From: Deferribacterales bacterium
Lineage (GTDB): Bacteria > Chrysiogenota > Deferribacteres > Deferribacterales > Geovibrionaceae
Assembly (NCBI GenBank): GCA_050253075.1
Contig: JBFWJS010000003.1
Location: 213,458 to 277,457, forward strand
Reading direction: 5' to 3'
DNA length: 64,000 nucleotides
Both the position numbers and the translations under genes were made by a program. Shown piece after piece: positions 21,444 through 30,876 of the stretch. The notes under the pieces are model-generated. The model worked only from the letters and a program-made list of their open reading frames with translations. It was not told where the DNA came from and did no database searches. The first letter of the stretch is position 1. Each line of letters starts with the position of its first letter.

Positions 21444-23302
21444 TCTTTATCCGTCAGTTCTTCCTGTCTTTCCATCAGTTCGAGGATGCGCATTTCGGCT
21501 TCTTCTATCCTCTCCTGAGCCTGAGACAGCTCTGTATAGTTGCTTCCGCCTTTTGCCAACACGGCCTGATCTGCGCCTACCTGTGCTTCGAGCTTTTCTA
21601 TCTCGGCGGGGATGCCTTCCAGCTCTTTCTTTTCCATATATGTCAGCTTCGCCTTCTTTTCGGTCTTTGGCGGTGCGGGCTTTTCTTTTACTTCACGCTT
21701 CTTTTCCGCCTGCTGTTCCTTGCGCAGCTCGATATAGTCGTCGTAATCACCGGGGAACTTGTCTATCCCGCCTTCGCCGTCGAAGACGAGCAGGGTGTCC
21801 GTGACACGGTTCATAAAGCATCTGTCGTGGGAAACGACGAGGAGACACCCTGGGAAATCCACGAGGAAGTCCTCCAGTACGGAGAGGGTCTTTATATCAA
21901 GGTCGTTCGTAGGTTCGTCCAGTATCAGGAAGTTCGGGTTCAGCATCAGTATCAGTACAAGGTGCAGTCTGCGCTTTTCCCCTCCGCTCAGCTTATGCAC
22001 GGGGGTGTGGTGCATTATAGACGGAAAGAGGAACTTTTCGAGCATCTGCCCTGCGCTAATCGTCTTTCCGTTTGGCAGAAAGATGGTCTCCTTCTCCTGC
22101 TTTACGATGTCTATGATGCGTGTGTCGGGGTCGAGAACCTTGCTGTGCTGGTCAAACACTGCGAATGTGGTGTTTACGCCTTTACGTACTTCACCGCTGT
22201 CTGAGGGCTCTTCCTCTGTTATCAGGCGTATGAATGTACTCTTGCCTGCGCCGTTCGGACCGACAATGCCCAGATGTTCGTTATGTTTGAAAGTGTATGT
22301 GAACGGCTTTATTATCTCTTTGCCGTCGTATGATTTCGATATATCTTCCACCTCGAGTATCTGTTTGCCGAGGCGTTTTCCGCTTATTTCGAGCTCCAGC
22401 TCCTGCTGTTTGTGCATTTTCGGGCGGTTCTGCATCTCTATTACACGGTCTTTGCGTGCTTTCTGTTTTGTGGTTCGGGCTTTTACCCCTGCTTTCAGCC
22501 ACTTCAGCTCGTTGCGCAGGATGTTTTTTATACGGTCTTCCTCACGCATGAGGCTGTCTTCTATCTCCGCCTTTTTTTCAAGGTAGTATGAATAGTTTCC
22601 GTTGAATGTGTATATCCCCTGACGGTCTATCTCTATGATATTTGTGCAGATGGAGTCTAGGAAGTATCTGTCGTGGGTGACCATCAGTATGGACTTGTTC
22701 GTTTTGGATAGGAATGTCTGCAGCCAGTCCACCGTCTCTATGTCCAGATGGTTGGTCGGCTCATCCAGTATCAGCAGGTTTCCTTCGTCTATCAGTGCCT
22801 TTGCCAGAGCGGCCTTTTTTATCATCCCTCCGGACAGTGTGCCCATCTTCAGACTTACGTCGTTTATGCCAAGCTCGCCGAGTACGGATTTCACTTCGTA
22901 TTCATACTGCCATGCGTCCAGCTTGTTCATCTCTTCCATGGTTTTGTCCAGCTCGTCACGGTATCTGTCGGAGTCCTCCGCCTTTGTACATAGCTCTTCA
23001 TAGTGCTTTATCAACTTCACCAGTGCGGATTCGCCCGACATGATGAAGTCGAGTATGGTGTCCTCTGGCTTTATGTCGGGGAGCTGAGGCAGATAGTTGA
23101 TGCGGCATTCTTTATTTCGGGATATCAGTCCGCTGTCGGGGGTGCCTATACCTGCTATCATTTTTAGCAGGGTGGACTTCCCGCAGCCGTTCACGCCGAT
23201 GAGCGCCGTCTTTTGTCCTGATTCGATACCAAAAGATATATCTGAGAAAAGGGTCTTATCCCCCATGGTTTTAGAAATGCTGTCGACTGATATAAGGTTC
23301 AT
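21440..23302 (-). CDS. ABC-F family ATPase (Uup-like)
   Basis: Two NBDs (GVNGCGKST, LSGG, LDEPTNHLD; GPNGAGKST, LSGGEKRRL, LDEPTNDLD), no TM, C-terminal coiled coil; GGAGG RBS before 23302. Confidence 0.92.
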   Translation of the reverse strand: MNLISVDSISKTMGDKTLFSDISFGIESGQKTALIGVNGCGKSTLLKMIAGIGTPDSGLISRNKECRINYLPQLPDIKPEDTILDFIMSGESALVKLIKHYEELCTKAEDSDRYRDELDKTMEEMNKLDAWQYEYEVKSVLGELGINDVSLKMGTLSGGMIKKAALAKALIDEGNLLILDEPTNHLDIETVDWLQTFLSKTNKSILMVTHDRYFLDSICTNIIEIDRQGIYTFNGNYSYYLEKKAEIEDSLMREEDRIKNILRNELKWLKAGVKARTTKQKARKDRVIEMQNRPKMHKQQELELEISGKRLGKQILEVEDISKSYDGKEIIKPFTYTFKHNEHLGIVGPNGAGKSTFIRLITEEEPSDSGEVRKGVNTTFAVFDQHSKVLDPDTRIIDIVKQEKETIFLPNGKTISAGQMLEKFLFPSIMHHTPVHKLSGGEKRRLHLVLILMLNPNFLILDEPTNDLDIKTLSVLEDFLVDFPGCLLVVSHDRCFMNRVTDTLLVFDGEGGIDKFPGDYDDYIELRKEQQAEKKREVKEKPAPPKTEKKAKLTYMEKKELEGIPAEIEKLEAQVGADQAVLAKGGSNYTELSQAQERIEEAEMRILELMERQEELTDKE

Positions 23303-23452
23303 TTCGCCTCCAAAATAAAGCTCAGGCATGATATCAAAAAGCCCGTTATACTTCAATCTCCATTAGTAAATAGCTTTACAAAGCACCTAAAATAGTAATA
23401 TTCTCATTTGGTATATATTTTTATTATGATTATTGTGCGTGCAAGGGTTTCG

Positions 23453-26128
23453 ATGAATTTTAAACATACTAATTTTAAATGGGTGCTGTTCATAGCATTA
23501 GTAATTATCGTTATGAACTGCGTTTACATATATTTGAGTTATGTCATCAGCATGGATTCTATCCGTGCGAAGCTGCGTGAAGAGACGGCCAATGTCAGAG
23601 AAATATTTGTCATGGCTGAGGAATCAACTGCGAGCAACATGCAGTTGGTTGCTTCATATGTGGCAGCTCAGCCGAGGGTGCAGGAGCTTTTTTACCTCGG
23701 CGCACAGGCTGTTCTGGAAGAGGGCGGTGCAGGCGGCGGGTATGAAGCGGATTATTATCGAAAAGAGCTGTACAACTATGTAAAGCAGAGCTGGGAAGCG
23801 GTTCGTAAGGATTACGACACCAGACAGCTTCATTTTCATCTCGGGCCCGGGTCAAACTCATTCCTGCGTGTGCATAAGCCTGAGAAATTCGGCGATAATA
23901 TGGACAGCGTCAGGTTCACCATCGTAGATTCAAACAAATATCAGATAAAAGTAAGAGGCTTTGAGACAGGGCGTGTCTATTCGGGTATACGGGGCGTAGT
24001 GCCTGTGTATTATACCGACCCCTTCACAGGGAAAAAGACGCATATAGGCGCACTGGAGGCGGGGACATCATTTTCAGAGATGATAGGCAATATGTCCGCC
24101 ACGGTGAATGCAGATGTCGCCGTGTTTCTTAAGATAGACCATATGAAGGCTTATATGTGGCCGTCTGCCGTTGAAAAACGCATCCTTGATAATTATGGCA
24201 ATAACGGATATCTGGCAGATACACAGATAAACTCTGAAGTGATGAAGTATGTGCTTTTCCGACTGCCGGGGTTTAAGCTGGAGCCGAGAGAATTCGTGAT
24301 GTTTCAGTTCCGCGGCAGGGACTATTATATATCCTCCATACCGTTTCTGGACTATGCCTCTGATAAGGTCGGCATAGACGACGAAGTCGGGCTCTTCACC
24401 TATGTGAAAGATGTGTCTGAGCAGATGGTCGCACTCAGAGATGCCAATACCAAAAATGCTTATTACTCTACTACGGCCTGTTTTATTCTGTTGATAATTA
24501 TCACACTTTCGTGGATAGCCGGTTCGAAGAAGCTGGTGAGCATTATAGACTCTCAGACAAAAGAACTGGAAAAGGCGAGGAAAGCTGCTGAGGCTGCCAG
24601 CGAGGCAAAGAGCCTGTTCCTTGCGAATATGAGCCACGAGATACGTACACCTATGAACGCCATCAGCGGTCTGAACCAGCTTCTGCTTGAAACAGAGCTG
24701 AATGAAAGACAACACGACTATATAGAAAAGAGCCAGTGTGCCACACATCACCTGCTGGGTATCATAAACGAGATCCTTGATTTTTCTAAGATCGAAGCGG
24801 GCAAGATGACTCTGGAGAACATCCAGTTCGACCTTTGCGCCGTATTGGATAATGTGGAGCAGGTGCTCATGCATAATGCAAACGATAAGGGGCTTGCATT
24901 TTCCGTGAAGAAGCCTTCTATGCCGGATTGCGGGCTGATAGGCGATCCGCTGAAGCTGTCGCAGATACTTATAAACCTCGGCAGTAACGCAGTTAAATTC
25001 ACATCCGAAGGCTCTGTCGAGATCAAAGCTGTCATCATGCAGGCATCAGACGGGCGTGTCGTCATCAGGTTCTCCGTGAAAGACACGGGGATAGGCATCA
25101 GGGAAAACCGAAAGGCCGTACTCTTCGAGGAATTCACACAGGCGGAATCCTCTGTCACAAGGGTGTACGGAGGCACAGGGCTGGGGCTGACCATCAGTAA
25201 AAAGATGGTGGAGATGATGGGCGGCGAGATATGGTTTGAGAGCGAATACGGTAAAGGCAGCACTTTCAGCTTTATCATCCCTTTCTCTACGGGTGATGCC
25301 GTGGATGAAGAGCACAAGTTCTATTCCGACAGCAAGGGGCTGGTATTTGTGAAAGGTGGCACCTTTACAAAAGCAAATGCAGAGCTTGTGAGAGGAGTAG
25401 TGGGCAGGCTGGATATAGCCGTGAGCTACGGAGACGCAGCGACAAAAGCTGAAAAGTTTAAGAGTGCAGACGAATTTTATAATTTTGTAATAATAGATAA
25501 GATTGATATAGAGAGGCTCGGGTTTATCAAATTCATATCCGAGCTAGGCAGTAAACACACCAAAACGCACGTGATACTGACGGACGATGCTGTGGACGAT
25601 ACCATGAAGGAGAGCTTTCCTTCGCTCACTTTCCACACGCTTTCTCAGCCTGTAATACACTCGGAGCTGATAAATATAATCAGCGAGATATCGGATAAGA
25701 GCAGGGGTGTTCAGGCTTTCCGCAGGGAAAAACCTCTGGATAAATTTGCAGGCGGACGTGTGCTCGTCGCCGAGGACAATAAGCTGAATCAGCTGGTTGT
25801 CACAGAGCTGCTGAAGAATATGGAGCTGACCTGCGATCTGGCCGTAAACGGGGAAGAGGCTGTGGACGTGGTATTTGCCAATCCTCCGCACACATTCGAC
25901 ATTGTCCTGATGGATATGCATATGCCCGAAATGGACGGTCAGGAAGCGGCGAAGATCATAAAGGATAACCCTGACTATGCAGACCTGCCGATATATGCTC
26001 TCTCTGCCGATGTGATAGGCGAGAATGTGCATGATGCTATGGAATGTGGTCTGGACGGATATCTGGAAAAGCCTATCTCGATGGTAAAGCTGAGAGAGGT
26101 CCTCTCTAAGTACCTGCAGTCGAAATAA
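23453..26128 (+). CDS. Hybrid sensor kinase (Cache sensor, HisKA, HATPase, degenerate plus intact receiver)
   Basis: [18 protein letters not shown] sensor; [39 protein letters not shown]. Confidence 0.92.
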   Translation: MNFKHTNFKWVLFIALVIIVMNCVYIYLSYVISMDSIRAKLREETANVREIFVMAEESTASNMQLVASYVAAQPRVQELFYLGAQAVLEEGGAGGGYEADYYRKELYNYVKQSWEAVRKDYDTRQLHFHLGPGSNSFLRVHKPEKFGDNMDSVRFTIVDSNKYQIKVRGFETGRVYSGIRGVVPVYYTDPFTGKKTHIGALEAGTSFSEMIGNMSATVNADVAVFLKIDHMKAYMWPSAVEKRILDNYGNNGYLADTQINSEVMKYVLFRLPGFKLEPREFVMFQFRGRDYYISSIPFLDYASDKVGIDDEVGLFTYVKDVSEQMVALRDANTKNAYYSTTACFILLIIITLSWIAGSKKLVSIIDSQTKELEKARKAAEAASEAKSLFLANMSHEIRTPMNAISGLNQLLLETELNERQHDYIEKSQCATHHLLGIINEILDFSKIEAGKMTLENIQFDLCAVLDNVEQVLMHNANDKGLAFSVKKPSMPDCGLIGDPLKLSQILINLGSNAVKFTSEGSVEIKAVIMQASDGRVVIRFSVKDTGIGIRENRKAVLFEEFTQAESSVTRVYGGTGLGLTISKKMVEMMGGEIWFESEYGKGSTFSFIIPFSTGDAVDEEHKFYSDSKGLVFVKGGTFTKANAELVRGVVGRLDIAVSYGDAATKAEKFKSADEFYNFVIIDKIDIERLGFIKFISELGSKHTKTHVILTDDAVDDTMKESFPSLTFHTLSQPVIHSELINIISEISDKSRGVQAFRREKPLDKFAGGRVLVAEDNKLNQLVVTELLKNMELTCDLAVNGEEAVDVVFANPPHTFDIVLMDMHMPEMDGQEAAKIIKDNPDYADLPIYALSADVIGENVHDAMECGLDGYLEKPISMVKLREVLSKYLQSK

Positions 26129-26132
26129 TTTT

Positions 26133-27155
26133 CTAAAAAGGTATGGTCACCATCACGTCTATTATATTGTTTTCATAGTTCATTCTGATGTCGCCTTTGA
26201 AGAGGTCCGTCATGACCTTACTGCAATAGGTTCCGTATCCTGTACCTTCGCTGTTTGTTCCGCGCACATACCTGCTGAAGAAGTTCTCACGGATTATCTC
26301 ATCCAGTGAGCCGTGGTTTTTGACCGATACGGTGAAGCTGTCTGCTGATTTTGTAATATGGAGATAGACATCCGAACCGTTTGTGCTGTATTTGAATGCG
26401 TTGTTCACCAGATTAGAAAATAGCAGGTATATCAATCCTTTATTATGCTTTGTCGTGTAATCTTCGAAAGATTCGGACGAGTTGTCTGTGCTGATGGTTA
26501 CGGACAGGCTTTTGTTTCTGGCTAATGCAGACTGGTCCTCTGCTATCTCCCGCAGGGTTTCATAAAGGCTGACCCCTTTTACAGAGCGGTAGCTGTCGCA
26601 TAACAGGCTCTTTTTCAGGCTTTCATACGTTCCCAGTATCTTTTCCATAACCATGGCGGTCTGTACTGAGACCTGTATGTTTTCATGGAAATCTTCGAAA
26701 TCGCTGATCTCATAGGAGTCTTTAAGGGTTTGATTTACCAGATTGAGGTTATTCAGAGCGTTGCGCATTTCATGGGAATATATACTGTCCAGCTCCTTGA
26801 CGAGCTTGGTATTTGCGGAATAGTCACCCGTGTCGGTGAATATTAAAAGATGTTTTTCATTACCGTCTTTATACACTTTTGTCTTTATAACGAAGAATTC
26901 CATGCCCATTGTGCTGCATTCGAGCATATGTATTACCTTATCGGTATCGGACATGTCTATATGGACGGCGCTGTTCGCACAGGAAGTATTAGATAGGCAG
27001 CCAACTACATCTTTCAACTGCTTATCTCTGTAATCTGAACAGTTCGAAATCTTCAATAATGAATTACTGACCATTTCCACTTTGTTATCAGTAGGGTCAA
27101 GCAATACAAAATAAATAGAGTCGTTCAGATCCAGCAGTTTAATGAATTTGTACAC
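26133..27155 (-). CDS. Cytoplasmic histidine kinase
   Basis: YSHEMRNAL H-box, NLVNNAFKYS, GTGYGTY; no obvious TM; GTG start with GAGGTG RBS. Confidence 0.8.
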   Translation of the reverse strand: MYKFIKLLDLNDSIYFVLLDPTDNKVEMVSNSLLKISNCSDYRDKQLKDVVGCLSNTSCANSAVHIDMSDTDKVIHMLECSTMGMEFFVIKTKVYKDGNEKHLLIFTDTGDYSANTKLVKELDSIYSHEMRNALNNLNLVNQTLKDSYEISDFEDFHENIQVSVQTAMVMEKILGTYESLKKSLLCDSYRSVKGVSLYETLREIAEDQSALARNKSLSVTISTDNSSESFEDYTTKHNKGLIYLLFSNLVNNAFKYSTNGSDVYLHITKSADSFTVSVKNHGSLDEIIRENFFSRYVRGTNSEGTGYGTYCSKVMTDLFKGDIRMNYENNIIDVMVTIPF

Positions 27156-27278
27156 CAGATCACCTCTCACACCACTATGACAATATAGCACAAGAGTGAT
27201 TAAAATATATACACTTTATTTTGAATAATTGCTGAAATGTGACATTTTTTAAGAAATCTTTAAGATGCGTAAACTTAG

Positions 27279-27305
27279 AAAAACGGGCACGCCTGGGCAT
27301 GCCCG
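27279..27305 (-). terminator. Terminator of the MCP gene
   Basis: CGGGCA...TGCCCG stem with an adjacent A-run (U-tail on the minus strand). Confidence 0.6.
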
Positions 27306-27320
27306 CATGTTTTGATATTA

Positions 27321-29834
27321 TTATCTGTCTTGACTGATGATGCTGTTCAGCTTATCCATCAGTCTTTCTGCCGTGTCGAACAGATTGTAGATAGCGACCT
27401 TCGCCTGAGCCTTATTACCCGACTGGACACCGCGCACAACTTCCGCTGCGAGGCTGTGTATCTGCTGGTGGATAGGCTCCAGCTCTTTGAACTCTCTGTT
27501 GTCGCCGTAAACTTCCTTACCGTTGCTGTAGTAGAACTTGCCGAACGCACAGTTATGATGGTCTACAAGTATGTCAGCGGTCTCTGACCTTGTGCCTTCA
27601 TACACAGAGTAGACCTTATTCAGGTATATAAGGTGCTGCAGCTTCGCTATGGAGAACATCGCCGACGAACTTCTCAGCTTATACTGTGTGAAGAGGTTCG
27701 TCCTTGTCATGATATTGCCTATGAGCTGTTTGATATTCCCTGAGAGGATATCGAGCTCTTCTTTAGACTTTATCGAAGACTGCGAAACAGTGTCGATACT
27801 GCTCGCTATCTGTGTGGTCACTGCGGACTGCTGATCCACTGCGCTGGAAACACTGAGAATGTTCTGCGAAAGGTTTTCTACTGCGCTGAGGATGTTGTCA
27901 AAGTTTTCGGATGTCTGTGTATCTATGGCAGACTGCTGTCCCACAAGGTCTGTGACGTTTATCGCTTCGGAGTTTGCCACTTTCACACGGTTCTGCATCT
28001 CTTTTACCATTTTACGTATATCTTCGGTAGAGGTCTGTGTCTTTTCAGCCAGCTTCCTCACCTCGTCTGCCACCACTGCAAATCCTCTGCCCGCTTCGCC
28101 TGCTCTGGCCGCTTCTATGGCGGCGTTGAGGGCGAGCAGGTTTGTCTGCTCGGAGATGTCGTTGATAACGGTGATGACGTCCTCTATCTCTGTGGCGTGC
28201 TTTGTCAGCTCATGTATCTCGTTTGTAAGTGTGGTGATCTTTGTTCTCATGTTTGAGGATATCTCCTCTGAGCGTTCGATGATCTCCACCCCTTTCTTTG
28301 ATACATGCACAACCTCTTCATTCTGGCTGGCTGCGTCTGATGTGTTGCTTGCTATCTCGTCTATGGATGAGCTCATCTCCTCTGCGGCTGTTGCCACCTG
28401 AGAGGCCATGTCGCTTGTTTCTATCAGAGATTCGCTCACTGTGTCCTGAGACCTGATGATAGGTATCATTGACTCCACAGTGCCCGCCAGCCCGTTTATA
28501 AGCTGGGTGAAGTTAGAGTCTAGGTTGTCCAGCACTTTATTGAATGCTGTTGAGAGCTCTTTTGTCTCGCCCGTGTTGCCTTCGTTTATTCTCTTTGTAA
28601 GGTCTCCGCCTCCGTCAGACATCTGTTTCAGTATGTTTGATGTGCTTGTGACGCTGCCTGCTATTCCTTTGGCTATGATCACAGCCACAACAGTAGCTAT
28701 GATGACCATGAAAAGGGATATGATGAGGATATTGCGCACCAGCATATTTGTATTTGCACGTGTCTCTGTTGTTTTAAGGGCTATCGCATCGTCTATATCG
28801 TCTGTATAGACGCCTGTACCGATAATCCAGCCGAGTGGCTTAAATAGCTTAACGTATGACATCTTCGGCTGCGGATCTGATTTACCAGGTTTTGGCCAGA
28901 GGTATGATACGAATCCCTCGCCGTCGTCGGCTGTTTCGTTCACCATAGCGGTGAAGATGTTTTCGTTCCTGTCTTTGCCCGCCACGTTGTATTTGCTGTC
29001 TTCGAGTGTTTTACCGTCTAGCTGCGGGGCGATAGGGTGCATCACCATTTTCGGGTGAGGTTTGCTCGTATCGTTTATCCAGAAGTACCCAGTACCTCCG
29101 TCGTATCTGTATTTAGCTACTTCTTTAAGTATGTTTGAGATGGCTTCCTCTGCGGCATCGTCTACATATATGCCTGTACCGATTATCCATCCCCAGGGTT
29201 TAAATTCTTTTATATATGAGAGCTTCGGCTGTGGTGTTGTCTTGCCGGGTTTCGGCCAGATGTATCCGACGAATCCTTCGCCGTTTGACTCTGCCTTTTC
29301 CACCATAGCGATGAAGAGGTTTTTATTGTTATCGGAAACATTGTACTTGCTGTCGCTGAGCACCTGTCCGTCCAGCTGAGGGGCTGTGGGGTGCATTATC
29401 ATCTTAGGATATGGTCTGCTTGTGTCGTTTATCCATATGTAGCCAGTACCCTCGTCATATCTGACAGCCTTTACCAGCTCTTTCGCCCTTGCCTGTGCGG
29501 CGGCTTCAGACATCTGTCCGTCCTGTGCTTTCTGCTCCAGATCTTCGATCTGCTTCATTACAGAGTCAATTACGGTATGCAGTCTTTTCCCGTATGTTTT
29601 TTCGATATAAGCCTGTTTTGTAGAGTTTTCGTATGTGTCTGTTATGGATTCGTATGTGACGTCGATAAGGCTTCTCAGTTTTTCCTTCACCCTGCTGTAT
29701 TCGGTGTCGTTAAATTCAGCCAGACTTTTCGTTTCACGGTTTTTGATATTGTATATCGTCAGCCCCGAAACAATGCCTGTGGTGATAATAACGAGCAGGA
29801 TAGTACTGAGTGTTATCTTATGTGCTATTTTCAT
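27321..29834 (-). CDS. Methyl-accepting chemotaxis protein with two tandem Cache domains and C-terminal CZB zinc-binding domain
   Basis: [34 protein letters not shown]; duplicated [43 protein letters not shown]. Confidence 0.93.
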   Translation of the reverse strand: MKIAHKITLSTILLVIITTGIVSGLTIYNIKNRETKSLAEFNDTEYSRVKEKLRSLIDVTYESITDTYENSTKQAYIEKTYGKRLHTVIDSVMKQIEDLEQKAQDGQMSEAAAQARAKELVKAVRYDEGTGYIWINDTSRPYPKMIMHPTAPQLDGQVLSDSKYNVSDNNKNLFIAMVEKAESNGEGFVGYIWPKPGKTTPQPKLSYIKEFKPWGWIIGTGIYVDDAAEEAISNILKEVAKYRYDGGTGYFWINDTSKPHPKMVMHPIAPQLDGKTLEDSKYNVAGKDRNENIFTAMVNETADDGEGFVSYLWPKPGKSDPQPKMSYVKLFKPLGWIIGTGVYTDDIDDAIALKTTETRANTNMLVRNILIISLFMVIIATVVAVIIAKGIAGSVTSTSNILKQMSDGGGDLTKRINEGNTGETKELSTAFNKVLDNLDSNFTQLINGLAGTVESMIPIIRSQDTVSESLIETSDMASQVATAAEEMSSSIDEIASNTSDAASQNEEVVHVSKKGVEIIERSEEISSNMRTKITTLTNEIHELTKHATEIEDVITVINDISEQTNLLALNAAIEAARAGEAGRGFAVVADEVRKLAEKTQTSTEDIRKMVKEMQNRVKVANSEAINVTDLVGQQSAIDTQTSENFDNILSAVENLSQNILSVSSAVDQQSAVTTQIASSIDTVSQSSIKSKEELDILSGNIKQLIGNIMTRTNLFTQYKLRSSSAMFSIAKLQHLIYLNKVYSVYEGTRSETADILVDHHNCAFGKFYYSNGKEVYGDNREFKELEPIHQQIHSLAAEVVRGVQSGNKAQAKVAIYNLFDTAERLMDKLNSIISQDR

Positions 29835-30022
29835 GTGCTCTCCCCGATCTTTGAATTGTTTAATTATAACACAAGGTTATTCATAATGTATTCAATTTAA
29901 GAAGTTTTAGCTTTAATTGGAGCTATTTCATCATTATGCCCCTGTGTAGTAGTTTATTGTTTGTAGACAAAAAGGCAGAATGTGCTAATATATTTATCAT
30001 ATTCTCTAAATGAGGTTCATTA

Positions 30023-30391
30023 ATGGTCTCACACGAAAAGCTTGCGGAGCTTGTGGTACTTTATGTCGAGGATGATGACATCACCAGAGAGATGGCGTTC
30101 AGGATGCTGTCAAAATACTTTAAGGTCGTGCACCCCGCCACAGACGGCAAAGACGGCTATGACAAGTATAAGCAGTATCAGCCGGATCTTATCATCACAG
30201 ACCTCTCCATGCCGGAGATGAGCGGCTTTGAAATGATCGACCTCATTAGAGTCACGGATAAGAACACCCCTATCATTGTAACCACCGCATACCGCAGCGA
30301 AGCGGAGTCCCTTAAGGAAGTTAACGAGATAGTTTATAAGCCGGTTAACAAAAAACTCCTCCTTAAAGCTGTGTCAGATCTGAATATCTGA
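30023..30391 (+). CDS. Single-domain response regulator (receiver only)
   Basis: LYVEDD, IITDLSMPEMSG, TTAY, KP. Confidence 0.88.
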   Translation: MVSHEKLAELVVLYVEDDDITREMAFRMLSKYFKVVHPATDGKDGYDKYKQYQPDLIITDLSMPEMSGFEMIDLIRVTDKNTPIIVTTAYRSEAESLKEVNEIVYKPVNKKLLLKAVSDLNI

Positions 30392-30486
30392 AAAGTATCC
30401 AGCTAAAGTTCAAAACATGTTGTCATTCTATCTTTTTGCAGTTATATTAACGATAATTATTATTCGAACATTATTTGTGGGGCAAT

Positions 30487-30822
30487 ATGGAAAACAAAGT
30501 AGATATTTTCAAAGCACTCAGCGACAGCAACAGGCTGCGCATTCTCAGCATGCTGTCTGTCAGAGATCTTTGCGTTTGTGAAATAAACGCAGTTCTTAAT
30601 GTTTCTATGTCGACAATATCATCTCACCTCAAAATATTGCGCAATGCCGGTCTGGTTACTTCCAAAAAGGATGGCAGATGGATAATCTACAGCCTTGATA
30701 AAAGTAATGAAGCAGTTAACGGCCTTGTTGGCATATCTCTTGATTTCATATCAGGTGAGAAAGAGGTCATTTCCGACAAGGAACACCTAAATACTGTTAG
30801 TCCTGAAAACTGTTCCGCTTGA
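30487..30822 (+). CDS. ArsR/SmtB-family regulator
   Basis: FKALSDSNRLRIL, DLCVCEI metal site, STISSHLKILRNAGLV. Confidence 0.92.
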   Translation: MENKVDIFKALSDSNRLRILSMLSVRDLCVCEINAVLNVSMSTISSHLKILRNAGLVTSKKDGRWIIYSLDKSNEAVNGLVGISLDFISGEKEVISDKEHLNTVSPENCSA

Positions 30823-30827
30823 TGCCA

Positions 30828-30856
30828 TTCACAAATCTCCAATGATGCGTTATAAT
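30828..30856 (+). promoter_or_regulatory. Sigma70-type promoter for the PEP/pyruvate-binding-domain gene
   Basis: TTCACA-N17-TATAAT, then AAGGAG RBS and GTG start at 30877. Confidence 0.65.
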
Positions 30857-30876
30857 GATAACGTAAAGGAGCGCAT

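Noticed and set aside
30820..30855. Selenocysteine readthrough of the ArsR TGA (CSA*CH)
   Set aside because: ArsR is already full length, no SECIS-like hairpin follows, and the downstream bases form the next gene's promoter
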